Notes: generated by a model not told the origin, from the letters alone. A stretch of DNA of 63,972 nt, filler included, from Octopus bimaculoides (GCF_001194135.2; 7 parts of 7 records of this genome joined end to end with filler, not necessarily neighbours in it), one strand, 5' to 3'; counted from the first letter of the whole stretch, positions 25,277 to 38,297 are shown. Numbers and translations: made by a program.

Positions 25277-26147
25277 ATTCACAAATACCATCCTTACACA
25301 CACACTTCCTCATACACACGCACACATACACACACATACACATGCATAAAGGAAAAAGAGCCAAAAAAAATCCTAATATAGTAACAAAACAATGCAATAG
25401 CACTGATAAAAACGGTAACGACCTCTTAATTTTAAACAACTAATTTTATAACTCCCCAANNNNNNNNNNNNNNNNNNNNNNNNNNNNNNNNNNNNNNNNN
25501 NNNNNNNNNNNNNNNNNNNNNNNNNNNNNNNNNNNNNNNNNNNNNNNNNNNNNNNNNNNNNNNNNNNNNNNNNNNNNNNNNNNNNNNNNNNNNNNNNNNN
25601 NNNNNNNNNNNNNNNNNNNNNNNNNNNNNNNNNNNNNNNNNNNNNNNNNNNNNNNNNNNNNNNNNNNNNNNNNNNNNNNNNNNNNNNNNNNNNNNNNNNN
25701 NNNNNNNNNNNNNNNNNNNNNNNNNNNNNNNNNNNNNNNNNNNNNNNNNNNNNNNNNNNNNNNNNNNNNNNNNNNNNNNNNNNNNNNNNNNNNNNNNNNN
25801 NNNNNNNNNNNNNNNNNNNNNNNNNNNNNNNNNNNNNNNNNNNNNNNNNNNNNNNNNNNNNNNNNNNNNNNNNNNNNNNNNNNNNNNNNNNNNNNNNNNN
25901 NNNNNNNNNNNNNNNNNNNNNNNNNNNNNNNNNNNNNNNNNNNNNNNNNNNNNNNNNNNNNNNNNNNNNNNNNNNNNNNNNNNNNNNNNNNNGGTTTGGT
26001 ACGGCAGTTCCTTTGTTTTGTTTTTTGGCTTTTGTTTAACTTTTCCATGTTTCTTTTTTTTATGTTTTAATATAGAACTGGTACTATAAGATATATATGG
26101 GGTGGGGGGGGGAGGCTAAATAAACAGAACAGTGGAGTTTTTTTTTG

Positions 26148-26460
26148 TTTTACTTGTTTCAGTCATTAGACTGTGGTCATGCTGGGGCACTGCCTCGAGG
26201 AATTTTTCAGTCGAATGAATCAACCCCCCAGGACTTATTTTGTAAGCTACAGACTTATTCCATCAGTCCCTTTTGCTGAACTGCTACGTTACAGGGGATG
26301 TAAGAACTAGTTGTCAAGTGGTAGAGTGGGTTCAAACACAGACACACACATGCACACATATGATGGGCTTCTTTCAGTTTCTGTCTGCGAAATCCACTTA
26401 CAAGACTTTGGTTGGCCAGAGGCTATAGTAGGAGAGGCTTGCCCTAGGTGCCATGCATCT
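26148..26460 (-). mobile_element. SINE family A, diverged
   Basis: Reverse-complement tail (ttacttgtttcagtcatt...catgctggggcac) through the body to ggtgccatgc. Confidence 0.8.
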
Positions 26461-27688
26461 ACCCACTCTTGAGGACATGGGCAAAGTCCTGGATGAAGAA
26501 TTCAGAGTTTATGTTCAAATTTATTTGAGTAATACTACACATTTTCTAGACTGAGCATATGTAGCTCTCACCCATTGTCTATATACACACATACACACAT
26601 GCGCAAAATTCTCAATGCAACCAGAATGTCCATATATAAATTATGCTGCCAATATTAGAAAAGACTTTAAATCTTTGCATATATTCACCTACAAACAGAA
26701 GACAAAAACAACAAATTCTTCCTCCAGGCGTTGCTCTTTTAACTGCCATAGTCAATGGTGCTGCTGCCAGCCTTCCTGACTCCTCCTGCAATTCCATCTT
26801 CTCTATTTACTTTCTAAATACACACCATTCTAAGAAATACACCGTTATCACATCCCAAAATATAATTGACTCCTTCATTGCTACCAAATTGGTTCCGGGA
26901 AAATACACTATGCTGTGGCTATCAATATTTATCAATTAATACGATAAAACACTATTTATTTTGATGTCGACTCATTTGCCAAAACAGCCCTGGTTTACTT
27001 ACTTCAGTAAAAATATTTACACTTTCAAATTCTGCATATCCCCAACTATCTTTTTTTTTTACCTTTATTCCATCACCTATTTTTTAGATTTTTTTTTGTT
27101 ATGTGTGGAGGGAGGGGTTGGTTGGGAATGGAATTGGGGCAAAGCATTCTGGGTAGGAAGAAGTAGGAAAATGCAAACCGTTTTTTTTCTTCATTTCCTG
27201 TTCTTTTCTGTTTTTGTTACATATCTGTCTACGTTCCTAGTTTGGTGGAATTTTGTTAGCGTATATATACATACATATATATATATATANNNNNNNNNNN
27301 NNNNNNNNNNNNNNNNNNNNNNNNNNNNNNNNNNNNNNNNNNNNNNNNNNNNNNNNNNNNNNNNNNNNNNNNNNNNNNNNNNNNNNNNNNNNNNNNNNNN
27401 NNNNNNNNNNNNNNNNNNNNNNNNNNNNNNNNNNNNNNNNNNNNNNNNNNNNNNNNNNNNNNNNNNNNNNNNNNNNNNNNNNNNNNNNNNNNNNNNNNNN
27501 NNNNNNNNNNNNNNNNNNNNNNNNNNNNNNNNNNNNNNNNNNNNNNNNNNNNNNNNNNNNNNNNNNNNNNNNNNNNNNNNNNNNNNNNNNNNNNNNNNNN
27601 NNNNNNNNNNNNNNNNNNNNNNNNNNNNNNNNNNNNNNNNNNNNNNNNNNNNNNNNNNNNNNNNNNNNNNNNNNNNNNNNNNNNNNNN

Positions 27689-27733
<45 letters not shown>

Positions 27734-27833
27734 AGTAGTAGTATGAATAAGCTGAAAGGCTATGTTAGGTGTTACCGCACATTTCTACAGTGTTCCCATT
27801 CTAAACATGAGTATGCTACGTGACTCGACATGT

Positions 27834-27997
27834 AGGCGCAGGCATGGGTGTGTAGTAAGAAGCTTGCTTCCCAATCACATGGTTCTGGGTTCAGTCCAAC
27901 TGCATGGTACCTTTGGCAGGTGTCTTCTAATATAGCCTCAGGCCGACCAAAGCCTTGTGAGAGGATTTGGTAGACAGAAACTGAAAGAAACCCGTTG

Positions 27998-28042
<45 letters not shown>

Positions 28043-28182
28043 ATGTTTGTTTGTCTGTGTTTGTCCCCCGACCATCGCTTGACAACCGATGTTGGTTTAT
28101 TTACGTCCCTGTAACTTGGCGGTTCGGCAAAAGAACCTGATGGAATAAGTACTAGGCTTACAAAGGATAGATTCTGGGGGTC
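27834..28182 (+). mobile_element. SINE family A, cut off by a spacer gap
   Basis: Head aggcgcaggcatgggtgtgtagtaag...gggttcagtcc, internal (TA)(TG) tract, ends at ggggtc then N. Confidence 0.85.
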
Positions 28183-28349
28183 NNNNNNNNNNNNNNNNNN
28201 NNNNNNNNNNNNNNNNNNNNNNNNNNTTAATTAATTAANNNNNNNNNNNNNNNNNNNNNNNNNNNNNNNNNNNNNNNNNNNNAAAAAGAAAAGCTCTACA
28301 TTGTATTTGTCCCATCTTCGTTGAGCCCTGTGTGGCTAATAAAAGAAAT

Positions 28350-28482
28350 GTATCTATTTATCTATTTATCTATCTATTTATCTATTTATCTATCTATTTA
28401 TCTATTTATCTATCTATTTATCTATTTATCTATCTAACTATCTATTTATCTATCTATCTATTTATCTATCTATTTATCTATA

Positions 28483-28540
<58 letters not shown>
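28350..28540. repeat. (TCTA/TTTA)n tetranucleotide tract
   Basis: Directly visible. Confidence 0.9.
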
Positions 28541-28772
28541 CCATTGTTTTTACCTCCTCAATCTTTCACTCAATACACAAGTAATCTAGACATTTCAGAA
28601 GCACTCTCCACTTCATTTCAACTCCATTGAATCATTACAGAAAAACAGTTAAATCATCATTTTCTTGAAGCAATTTCAGAGTACATTTTACTATTGAAAA
28701 GTTTGTCATGAATGAAGGTGTAAATTTCACAAAGTGAAGTAAGCGTCGCAGTGGCAGCGCTCTATCACTCTC

Positions 28773-28774
<2 letters not shown>

Positions 28775-28829
<55 letters not shown>

Positions 28830-28937
28830 ATGTATGTATGTATGTATGTACGTATGTATATATGTATGTACGTATGTATGTATGTATGTACGTATGTATG
28901 TATGTATGTATGTATGTATGTATGTATGTATGTATGT
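28775..28937. repeat. (TCTG)n-(TATG)n compound tetranucleotide tract
   Basis: Directly visible. Confidence 0.9.
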
Positions 28938-29677
28938 CATTGACCAGTTTTATTTCAAGATTTCTTGCCAAAAGAGAAAGAGCCGGTTTCTAACCTACAT
29001 TCAAGGCTTCTTCATTAGAATTTCAACATCAACAACAGGGTATTTTTGTATGTATGTATGTATGTATATGGCAGATTTGTATGTTTTGCTTTATGTATAT
29101 ATTCTCATGCATATAGCTGCATATCTAGACATGCTCATATCTATTTAAATGATAAACTTCTGGTAAGTTTTACAGATTTTTATAGTTCCAGTAATGGATT
29201 GGCTATGTAGTCTTCCAATTTGCTTTCTACTTTCTGGTTCTGAGAAGTCTAATTTCTCAAGATTGGTATGTAGACAGTTTGTTACATATCCCAGGGCCCA
29301 TTTTGTTGCTATGATATACTACAGAATACACTTATAAATAAATTATTTTAAATTAATTCAGTGCCATCAACTGCTTCTTTTTTTCTATAGCCTTATCTTT
29401 GGCAGTACTAATATAGCAGTGGATTAATTGGATGTTAATACGAGATGACTTGCAATATCTGTTTCGGTTCTGTACATACTTGCCTCTTGTCATCTCAAAA
29501 TAAAAATCCTGCTCTTCCGAATCAGGCAAAATTAGTAATAAGCTTGGGAAGTCCGTTAACAAGTACCCAAGTATTTCAGCTGATCCATTCTTCCCGAGCG
29601 TTAAACTAATACACCTACTTGTCGTTCCTACATCTGACTTTGTCTTTTGCTTTCTGTAAATTTGAACTATGTGTGTA

Positions 29678-29723
<46 letters not shown>

Positions 29724-31149
29724 CGTGCGCGTATGTATGCGTGTGCGTGCACGCATTTGTAAATTAAGGAAACTCTACAGAAATTGAGTTTCAGATAGAT
29801 CTTAGAAGAAAGGACCCATAAATGTTTGTGCAGTTTCACGGCAGTCTGATAACATATGAACGAGGATCAGGGGCAATGATCGTTAAAAGAATGCTACAAG
29901 AGAGAGAGAGAGAGAGACAGAGAGACAGAGAAAGTGAGATGAAACAACATATTTGCGCGTGAATCGTTGCCAATCGGTAGAATAGCCTTTAAATTGTTTA
30001 TGCAGTTTAAGATATTTGTAACATAAACATCAATCTCAGTTATTTCAGCAGAACTCTAATATGGGTCACACTCGAGCTTTGTAGAAGGCTGCATAAGATT
30101 GTATACTCTCAGCTGTAGCTTTTGCAATACTGTATTTGTGAGGCAGCCATTGAATGCTCATAGGAGATTATGTAGTTCATCTGTAGTGGGAATATAGTAT
30201 TGTGAGTCTGTTTGAGATGTAATAATTGTGTCTTCGTGCTGTTGAAGAAAACTTGGTGGCCATATCTGTCTGCATCTGAAGATGTTTTCCTAGTTCATGT
30301 TCATGACTGTGATGCAAAGCAATGCGTGCGTGTATACACACGTATCGTATACATATATTCACAAATACATATATATATCTATGAATATTTATATGCGTTG
30401 TGCGTGTGTGTGTATGAAGATGCTTATACATTTATTTGAGTGTACATGCATCTATATGAGATATAGATATTTTTGATACCATGCATAACACTCACACGCA
30501 CGCACGCGTGCACTCACACTCACACTCATACACATACACATGCGCACTCAAATACCCACACATATTCACACACATTCTATCTCTCTCTCTCTCTCTCACT
30601 CTCTTAGTAGAGTCATAACTCTTAATGGTAGCTAGCTAGATCGTGTGTGTGTGCGTGCGTGCGTGTGTGTGTGTGTGTGTCTGTGTGTATGAAGATGCTT
30701 ATACATTTAACTGGAAGAGAGAAAAAAGAGAGAAAACAGTGAAGTCTTGTAAAAAGATTGACAAACAGGACATTAAATCAGTAATTTACAAAATTTAGGT
30801 TGGAAAAAGAAAAGGTGGTTGACATCTGGTTGTTGTTTCTGTTTTTGCTGTTATTTTATAACCCCAGGCTCACTCTGAATAATTAGACTTATGGCCAAAG
30901 GTACTGCTGACTTGTACATGCTAGATTTTATGGTTTATCTAGAACTTCAGTATCTTATGTGTTCTCTGCTTTTACTTTTGACGGCAGTGCAATTTGAGGA
31001 AGTCTTGCTTGTTCTTTCCAGCATGTTGTGCAACCGCATAGAGGCTTTCTCGTTGATTCGGTTGACATCTGGTTGCCATTGGTGGTGTTATGAGACAGAG
31101 ATATGCTACGGTGTGAATAATGTAGTTATATACAGACGATAATGATAGT

Positions 31150-31780
31150 GGTATAGCTAGGAAGAGATCTTGACAGAGAAGGCGTGAGATGGAAGGGAAG
31201 AAGGCGTAAAAAAAAAGGAAAATATCAGATAAATAAAAAAAAAGTGAAAAAGAAGGGCGAAATGAAGAATGAAGCAAAAAATAAAAACAGGAGAGAGAGA
31301 AAAAAAGGTGTGTGTGTGGAAAGGAAAGTAGAGAAAGAGGAAATATTAAAATAAAAGAAACTGTGAACGATGAAAAAAGAAAGAAACTTAGCGTATAGAT
31401 ATATATATATTAATAAAAGAAAAAGAAATACAATATGAAGAAATGGAGAAGAAAAAGAATGAATAAATGCAGAACCAATGGGAGAAAGATACAAAAAAAG
31501 AAAAAGAAAAGAAGAATATGAAAGAAATGAGAAGGAAAGATGAACAGAAATATAGAAAGAAAAACGGGAAGAGAATACGAAGGAAAGGGCAAAGAATAAG
31601 GGAGAAGGATAAGAACATTGAAAGGAAAGAGAGAAAAATAAAAATGAGTGATGAGGAAGAATCAAGAGAAGAGAAATTGAGGATACTTAGCATTGAAAGT
31701 GGGGGGAAAGAGTGAATGTCTGCAAGGATGAACCATAGAGAGAAAGCTTTTAAAGAAAGAAGGAAATGAAGAGGAAAGAA
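31150..31780 (+). repeat. A/G-rich low-complexity tract
   Basis: Mostly purine for ~600 bp; explains the F/S/L-rich and K/E-rich ORFs. Confidence 0.85.
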
Positions 31781-34167
31781 AAATATGAGCGCACACAGGC
31801 GTGTTCCTTATAAGTCAATAGTTTATACATGTGGATACATACATGCCTTCATATTCATGTATAAGTGCTTATGTGTATACGAATGCACATGTGTGTGTGT
31901 GTGTGTGTGTCTCTCTCTCTCTCTATCTGTAATTAAACAGATGTCTTAATATGTTTTATTCATTTTACTTCACGAAAAGCTAAAATGGTTTCCTGATAAG
32001 ACGATTCCCTCCCTTGCAGAAGAAATGAACAACCAACTCCCATAAAGCTTTGCTTTACTACAAAAGATTCTAACAGAACTACTGTGAATCTCCAATATAC
32101 ATGACGTTGAGCATAAATTTACTCATGAAGGTGACTAAATCGTTTTCCAAACCTGTATGTAGAAAAACATATGCAAGCATATCACTTGAAATGGCTAGCA
32201 TTGTCCAGTGATAGCACCACTGAAGAATGGTGTACAATATAGTTGCAGTTGTAATTGAATAAACATCTGCTTTAGTTATTTTCACAGGGAAGAAATTAAT
32301 TTTGAAGTGTTCTGAAAAATATTTCGAAATTTTAACTGTTGCTCAAAGAAGAGGAGGTAAAACACTGCTGTCTCTGTTCTTTTTTCCCTCTTTGCCAACT
32401 TAAGGCTGGAGAAGGACACTATTCGAGACGTTGAACACCAATTCCTACGGCAATGTCACTGTACTCTTACCGNNNNNNNNNNNNNNNNNNNNNNNNNNNN
32501 NNNNNNNNNNNNNNNNNNNNNNNNNNNNNNNNNNNNNNNNNNNNNNNNNNNNNNNNNNNNNNNNNNNNNNNNNNNNNNNNNNNNNNNNNNNNNNNNNNNN
32601 NNNNNNNNNNNNNNNNNNNNNNNNNNNNNNNNNNNNNNNNNNNNNNNNNNNNNNNNNNNNNNNNNNNNNNNNNNNNNNNNNNNNNNNNNNNNNNNNNNNN
32701 NNNNNNNNNNNNNNNNNNNNNNNNNNNNNNNNNNNNNNNNNNNNNNNNNNNNNNNNNNNNNNNNNNNNNNNNNNNNNNNNNNNNNNNNNNNNNNNNNNNN
32801 NNNNNNNNNNNNNNNNNNNNNNNNNNNNNNNNNNNNNNNNNNNNNNNNNNNNNNNNNNNNNNNAGTAGCTAATAAACCTTTCTATTATAGGCACAAGGCC
32901 AGGTTTTTGAGGGAAGGAGCAAGTCAATTAGGGTTAGGGAAAACGAACACACGTGTGTTGCCTCTCTGCAAAATGTCAGAAGTAATGGAGATTAAATACG
33001 CTTTACACAGCTTAAACTGCCAAAGGAGTAACTATAAACAGCTGAATACTTGTCAATGATTGGTTGAAATTATCGAAATAAGACAATTTTTTACATGAAA
33101 TTAATTCGAATACAAAAATTTTTTTGTGTTCTATAACACAAAATAGATAAGTATACAAAGTTTGAAAGTCTTTCGGTACCAAAGACACTACATAAAACAT
33201 AAATGAAAACTGGTGCCCCAGTTTTGAACTAGATCCGATATGTTTTATCCCTTTCACTTCACTTTACATTGAACTACGCAATATTTAGTTACGTTTCTTG
33301 GCGTTCTGAAAACAAATCTCACTGAAGCCGACTTCTTTCATTCTTCCGTCCAAACTTGATAAAATTATTAACTTTCAGGTAATGGAGTTGATCTAATCTA
33401 CAACGCTCTCCTAAAATTATTCTTGTTTTGTTGATGTTATTATATATCTCCTCCATACCTTGTTTTATTAATATACTGAGAGAGCAAATTTTGGTTCCTT
33501 TTGAGTATATACAAAAGCTATATTTTACAGGAGAGAATTACTGGGGAATTATGTATAATCTTAATCTTTTTGTTTGCAAAACATTAACATAGTATATGAA
33601 ATGTAATCGATTTATATGGGAATTGAAACCTCTATGCTGCATGCTACTGAGGAAAACTTTTTTGTGGCCTTTAACTTGCCTGCATTTTAGCTAAGGATGA
33701 AGTTGTGAATAGTACATCAACGAAATATTAACAATATGAGTACGTCAACATAGTTTTATTTCATGAAAACTGAAAACATAATGTCTGCTTTGACTTGAAA
33801 TAAACACTTATTAGTTTCGTGTACAGCGTTCTCCACACGAAAAGTTAAAAATAACTCGTGTATCAAGTTAGCAAGTAATTTTTCAGAAATTCTCTCTCTC
33901 ACTTTTTCTTCTTCTCTTTGACCTCTCATACACACATACTGACCATATAACTAATTATTGATCTCTAACATAGATACTTTAAGAGAAGATGCAGTTGATT
34001 CAAGTTGTACTTTAATTAGTATTTATTTTATCAACCTCAGAAGAATAAAAAGTAAAACTGACCCAACAGGATCCAAACTCAGGGCGTAACTAAATACGAC
34101 AAGGTATTTTGTCGGACAACCATTTATATGTACAGTTATGGGCAATTATTATTAACACGGCAAAATG

Positions 34168-34385
34168 CAGCGAACCGGCAGAATCGTTAGCACGCCAGAC
34201 AAAATGATAAGCGGCGTTTCGTCCGTCTTTACGTTCTGAGTTGAAATGCCACCGAGGTCGACTTTGCCTTCCATCCCTCGGACCTCGATAAAATAAGTAC
34301 CAGTCGAGTACTGTGGTCGATGTAATTGTCAATCCTCACCTTCAAAATTTCAGGCCTTATGCCTATAGTAGAAAGGTTCATTATC
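34168..34385 (+). mobile_element. tRNA-derived SINE, family B, near full length
   Basis: ggcagaatcgttagc (A-box-like), gagttgaaatgcc (B-box-like), core gaggtcgactttgcc...tcgataaaataagtaccag, tail aaatttcaggccttatgcctatagtagaaagg. Confidence 0.85.
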
Positions 34386-35882
34386 ACTGCAAAGCGGAAG
34401 ATTAGCAGAATTGATAGAACATCGAATAAAATTTAACTATTTTCTTTTACATGATGAGTTCAAATTCTGCCGGAACTGACTTAGCCTCTCATTCTTCAGG
34501 AATTGATCAGATATGAACCGTTTAAATATTCTCTTAATATAATCGTCTTCTCTCACCGCAATAAATTGCGGCCTTGCCGCTAGATTATAAATCATTATTA
34601 GCTCAGCCATGTCACAGATAACAGGCCTTTTGATTTGTGCCTCTTCTTTCATACAATCATCACTCTGCCCTATTCTATTATTATTAGCATTGTTATGTCA
34701 TTGAAGACTAGGATTCACTTGTGCCATCTTATTGGCAATAACATCGCTTCATTCTTTCTGTGTCTCCCTTTTAGCAGTTAAAGCTTAATAGAGATCATTT
34801 TAAAACAAAATTTTTTTATGCCGGAATATGAAGAAATTATTACAAGTGAGCGATGTCAATTGTCTCAGCCAACCATTACGCGACCTACGTATTTGGAATA
34901 GACAGCTAGCGATACTCTGTTTATCGGATGTATGTGTGTGCGTAATTATGTTGATTAAATTTTTTTGTTATTCCAGAATATGCAAGTTAACATGTTAACT
35001 TTCCTCAGCCAATAAACCAATCGCAAATGTAACCAAACTGTTAATAATAAACAGATTGTGTATACGTGCATACATGTACGTGTATACATACGTATGTTTG
35101 TGCGTATATACGTGTGTGTTTATGCTGATTAAAGCTTTTGTTTTTCCAGAATATGTAAAAAGGCATTGCAAGTAAGACGTGTCAACTGTTTCACCCATCT
35201 ACAAATGTAGCCAAAGTGTTTATAATAAACAGATTATGTCTGTCTGGGTGTCTGTATGTATGTATTTTGTACGTACATACGTGCGTATGTATGTATGTAT
35301 GTATGTGTGTTTGTATGTATGAGTATGTTGGATGGAGGGATATAAGAGACTTGCAAAATAGCTCCACCACCGTCACCACCATATCACGCAAATCTCTCTG
35401 ATGTTTACATTAAACCAAACTGTTTTTTTAATTTTATTTTTATATATATACATTTTATTCATATAACTTAGTGAAACCAGATGTGTGAGTCAATTGTTTC
35501 AAGATTCAACTCCTTGCTGAAACGCAAATGTCAAGCAATTGTGTCGAATATTTTTTTTAGCTATTATCCCTCTGTCTGCAAAACTGACCCCCATATCTCA
35601 CGGAATACATGTTTGTATGCATCCATATGCCTTGCTGTCTGTTTCCCTGCTTGCATGTCTGTCTGTCTGGTTGTCTGTCTGGTTGTCTGTCTGCATGTCT
35701 GTCTGTCTGCCTGTCTGTTTTGCATGCTATGTATTTGTGTCACTGTAATGTCTGCACGTGCATGTTTCATAGTTTAACTACATATCTGTCCCTACAACTA
35801 AAATGGGGATTTCACTTCATTAGAACTTTTGGATCTTTTTCAGTTTAAATAATTTCTACAGATCTTATTGAAAATTTCTTCA

Positions 35883-36277
35883 GGCTGTGTGGTGAGTAGC
35901 TTGCTTACCAACCACATGGTTCCGGGTTCAGTCCCACTGCGTGGTATCTTGGGCAAGTGTCTTCTACTATAGCCTCGGGCTGACCAAAGCCTTGTGAGTG
36001 GATTTGGTAGACGGAAACTGAAAGAAGCCCGTCGTATATATGTATATGTGTGTGTATGTGTTTGTGTGTTTGTGTTTGTCCCCCCCCCCCAACATCGCTT
36101 GACAACCGATGCTGATGTGTTTACGTCCCCGTAACTTAGCGGTTCGGCAAAAGGGACCGATAGAATAAGTACTAGGCATCCAAAGAATAAGTCCTGGGGT
36201 CGACTTGCTCGACTAATGGCGGTGCTCCAGCATGGCCACAGTCAAAAAGACTGAAACAAGTAAAAGAGTAAAAGAGA
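35883..36277 (+). mobile_element. tRNA-derived SINE, family A, full length
   Basis: A-box ggctgtgtggt, B-box gggttcagtcc, internal TA/TG tract, tail caagtaaaagagtaaaagag. Confidence 0.92.
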
Positions 36278-36283
36278 GATGCT

Positions 36284-36875
36284 GTTTTTCATGCCAGTTT
36301 TGAAACTCTCAACTATTTCATTTATATTTTTGAAATTAATGATAATGTTACGACTTTTAAAGAATGAAGTTTTTTTTATTATTTTAGGCAAATAGATCAA
36401 ACTTTTTTTTACGCCGATACGATGTAATGGAAAGAGTCATTTTTTTGTTGTTGTTTTCGAAACGCAACTGTAATGATTACAAAAAATTATCTTTTGAGAA
36501 ATTAATAAGAAAACCTACACAACCTTTAAAGAATAAAATTTTGAATGAAAGAAAACAACAAATCAGTGTTTGCTATGAAATTTTGCAATACACTACAAAC
36601 ACAAACTGTAACCATAATCCTATATCCTAACCCTAATACAAAACATTACACGCTAACTTCTATCCCTGACTCTAACCGTCCTAAATCTAATCCTTATCCT
36701 TGTCCCTAACCCTAAACTCTAAACGTAACGTTGAACCCTTGGCCTGCTAGACGGGAAGTCGAAAAAGGATCAAGCGGCTAAACTTATAGAAATTCCCAAT
36801 CTTTAAAGTCTAGTATATATTTTATTATTGATTTCTTCAAAAAGTGGTCTGATTTTCGTAACTGGCATGGAAAAC
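36284..36875. mobile_element. ~590-bp element with 25-bp imperfect terminal inverted repeats and an internal degenerate (CCCTAA)n tract
   Basis: gtttttcatgccagttttgaaactc (36284-36308) vs the reverse complement of 36851-36875, gttttccatgccagttacgaaaatc: 21/25 identical. Telomere-like tract at ~36608-36740. Confidence 0.65.
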
Positions 36876-37067
36876 TTACTCTTTTACTTGTTTCAGTCAT
36901 TTGACTGTGGCCATGCTGGAGCACCGCCTTTAGTCGAGCAAATCGAACCCAGGACTTATTCTTTATAAGCCTAGTACTTATTCTATCGGTCCCTTTTGCC
37001 GAACCGCTAAGTTACGGGGACGTAAACATACCAGCGTCAGTTGTCAAGCGATGTTGGGCGGGGACAA
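36876..37067 (-). mobile_element. SINE family A 3' half, abutting the piggyBac remnant
   Basis: Reverse-complement tail ttactcttttacttgtttcagtc through atgttgggcggggacaa. Confidence 0.9.
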
Positions 37068-38097
37068 TAGGTTTCCAATCACATCAAAGTTTTCAATTGC
37101 TTCGGCATCCTTCCTATGACCTGTATATACTTCTGATTTTTTAAATATAGCCATTCTCACTATCACAAACAAGAGAGGTTTTGATTCCTCACTTTATCCG
37201 TCTGTCTCTGATATACTGTTTTATAGACGGAGTTTGTTTGTCGGAATCATTCCCTCGTCAAATGACAAATTGCTTCTCGGTGTGTAATGCAACTTGAATT
37301 TTTCTAGCAAGTGATTGAACACGGGACTGGATTTGTAAATCTTGTCAGATTTGTCTAGTTCTGGGTCTAGTTCATTTACACTATGTAGTATAGACCATAT
37401 TGCTAAAAATCTATCTCTTGCAAAAACTTGTGCAAATCCAAGTGTGAGAGTCAAGAAATTTTCCTTATCTCGCCAATATTGTTCATAGTTGTCCTTGTGA
37501 ATAAGTATTTCCAGCCAAAAAAATGCACTTATCTTTGATATTGCCAAGGCCTGAAAACTAAAGGATTCTGCACAATAATTTGAGGGCTTTGCTTCTCTGG
37601 CATGTTCTGCCTGCCTATTAGCTTCATCGACAAAGAGCTGCCACAAAACATCATCCCAGAATAAAGTGAAACAGTCAGCAGGGCTGCTCTCATTATTCAT
37701 TGAATCTGGTATATTTTGGGGGCTGGGTGTTTCTTTAGGATTGGATTGTTTTTCAGTTGTACCATCTAATGTCTCTTGTCCACTGACGCTGATCAGACAG
37801 TGGCTGAGAAATCCGTCGCACATCTTGACCACGTCCTCTACTGCAGCCACGCCCCCTAACAGGTTGTAAAACATCACCACCTGGGTCATGATTATCAAAA
37901 GAGTCACTATCATTTTTATTTTCACCTTCGTTTGCACTCGTGTTATTCTTGTTACTTGTACTGTTGACAGCATCATCTTCACTCTCTTCGCTTTCGAAAT
38001 CACTGTTATTTTCATAATCAGACTCTCCATTCTTATCATCAGAATCCGACATAATCATTCGTAATGGTTGCTCGGTTCTCATTTTCTTACCGTTCAT
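37068..38097 (-). pseudogene. piggyBac (PGBD-like DDD) transposase pseudogene, frameshifted and 3'-truncated
   Basis: Acidic N-terminus (ORF 37753-38121), then SPADCFTLFWDD, FARDRFLAIWSILH, DKIYK and NLSFDEGMIP (first catalytic D at 37257-37259). After a frameshift it continues SIKQYIRD..K*GIKTSLVCDSENGY and EVYTG. The 2nd and 3rd catalytic Asp are absent. Confidence 0.9.
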
Positions 38098-38297
38098 GTT
38101 TATAGCAAAAGAAATAATCAAAATTCTGCAATTTAAGTCTAAAAAATTCTGGAAGCTTCCCCCCGGAAGTTCGGCCGTAAATAGAAGCCTAAACTGTGAT
38201 GTAAAACGGTCATTTATTGGTTAAATAGTTAGCGGCCTAGTGGGTGTATATACCATACACAGGCTGAAAAACCGGCCTGGCGGGTTCAAAGGGTTAA
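37068..38297 (-). mobile_element. piggyBac DNA transposon, 5' portion with intact terminus
   Basis: The minus strand starts TTAA (38294-38297) then CCCTTTGAACCCGCCAGGCC, the canonical piggyBac TTAA/CCC end. A transposase remnant follows; the other end was not found. Confidence 0.9.

Noticed and set aside
26572-26688. Exon-like segment on the minus strand with a strong polypyrimidine acceptor and a GTGAGA donor
   Set aside because: Stops in all three frames; could be a non-coding exon, but there is no evidence without RNA data.
32288-32356. 69-nt AG..GT-bounded segment with one open frame (KKLILKCSEKYFEILTVAQRRG)
   Set aside because: Such short candidates arise by chance in 64 kb; no homology or neighbouring exons.
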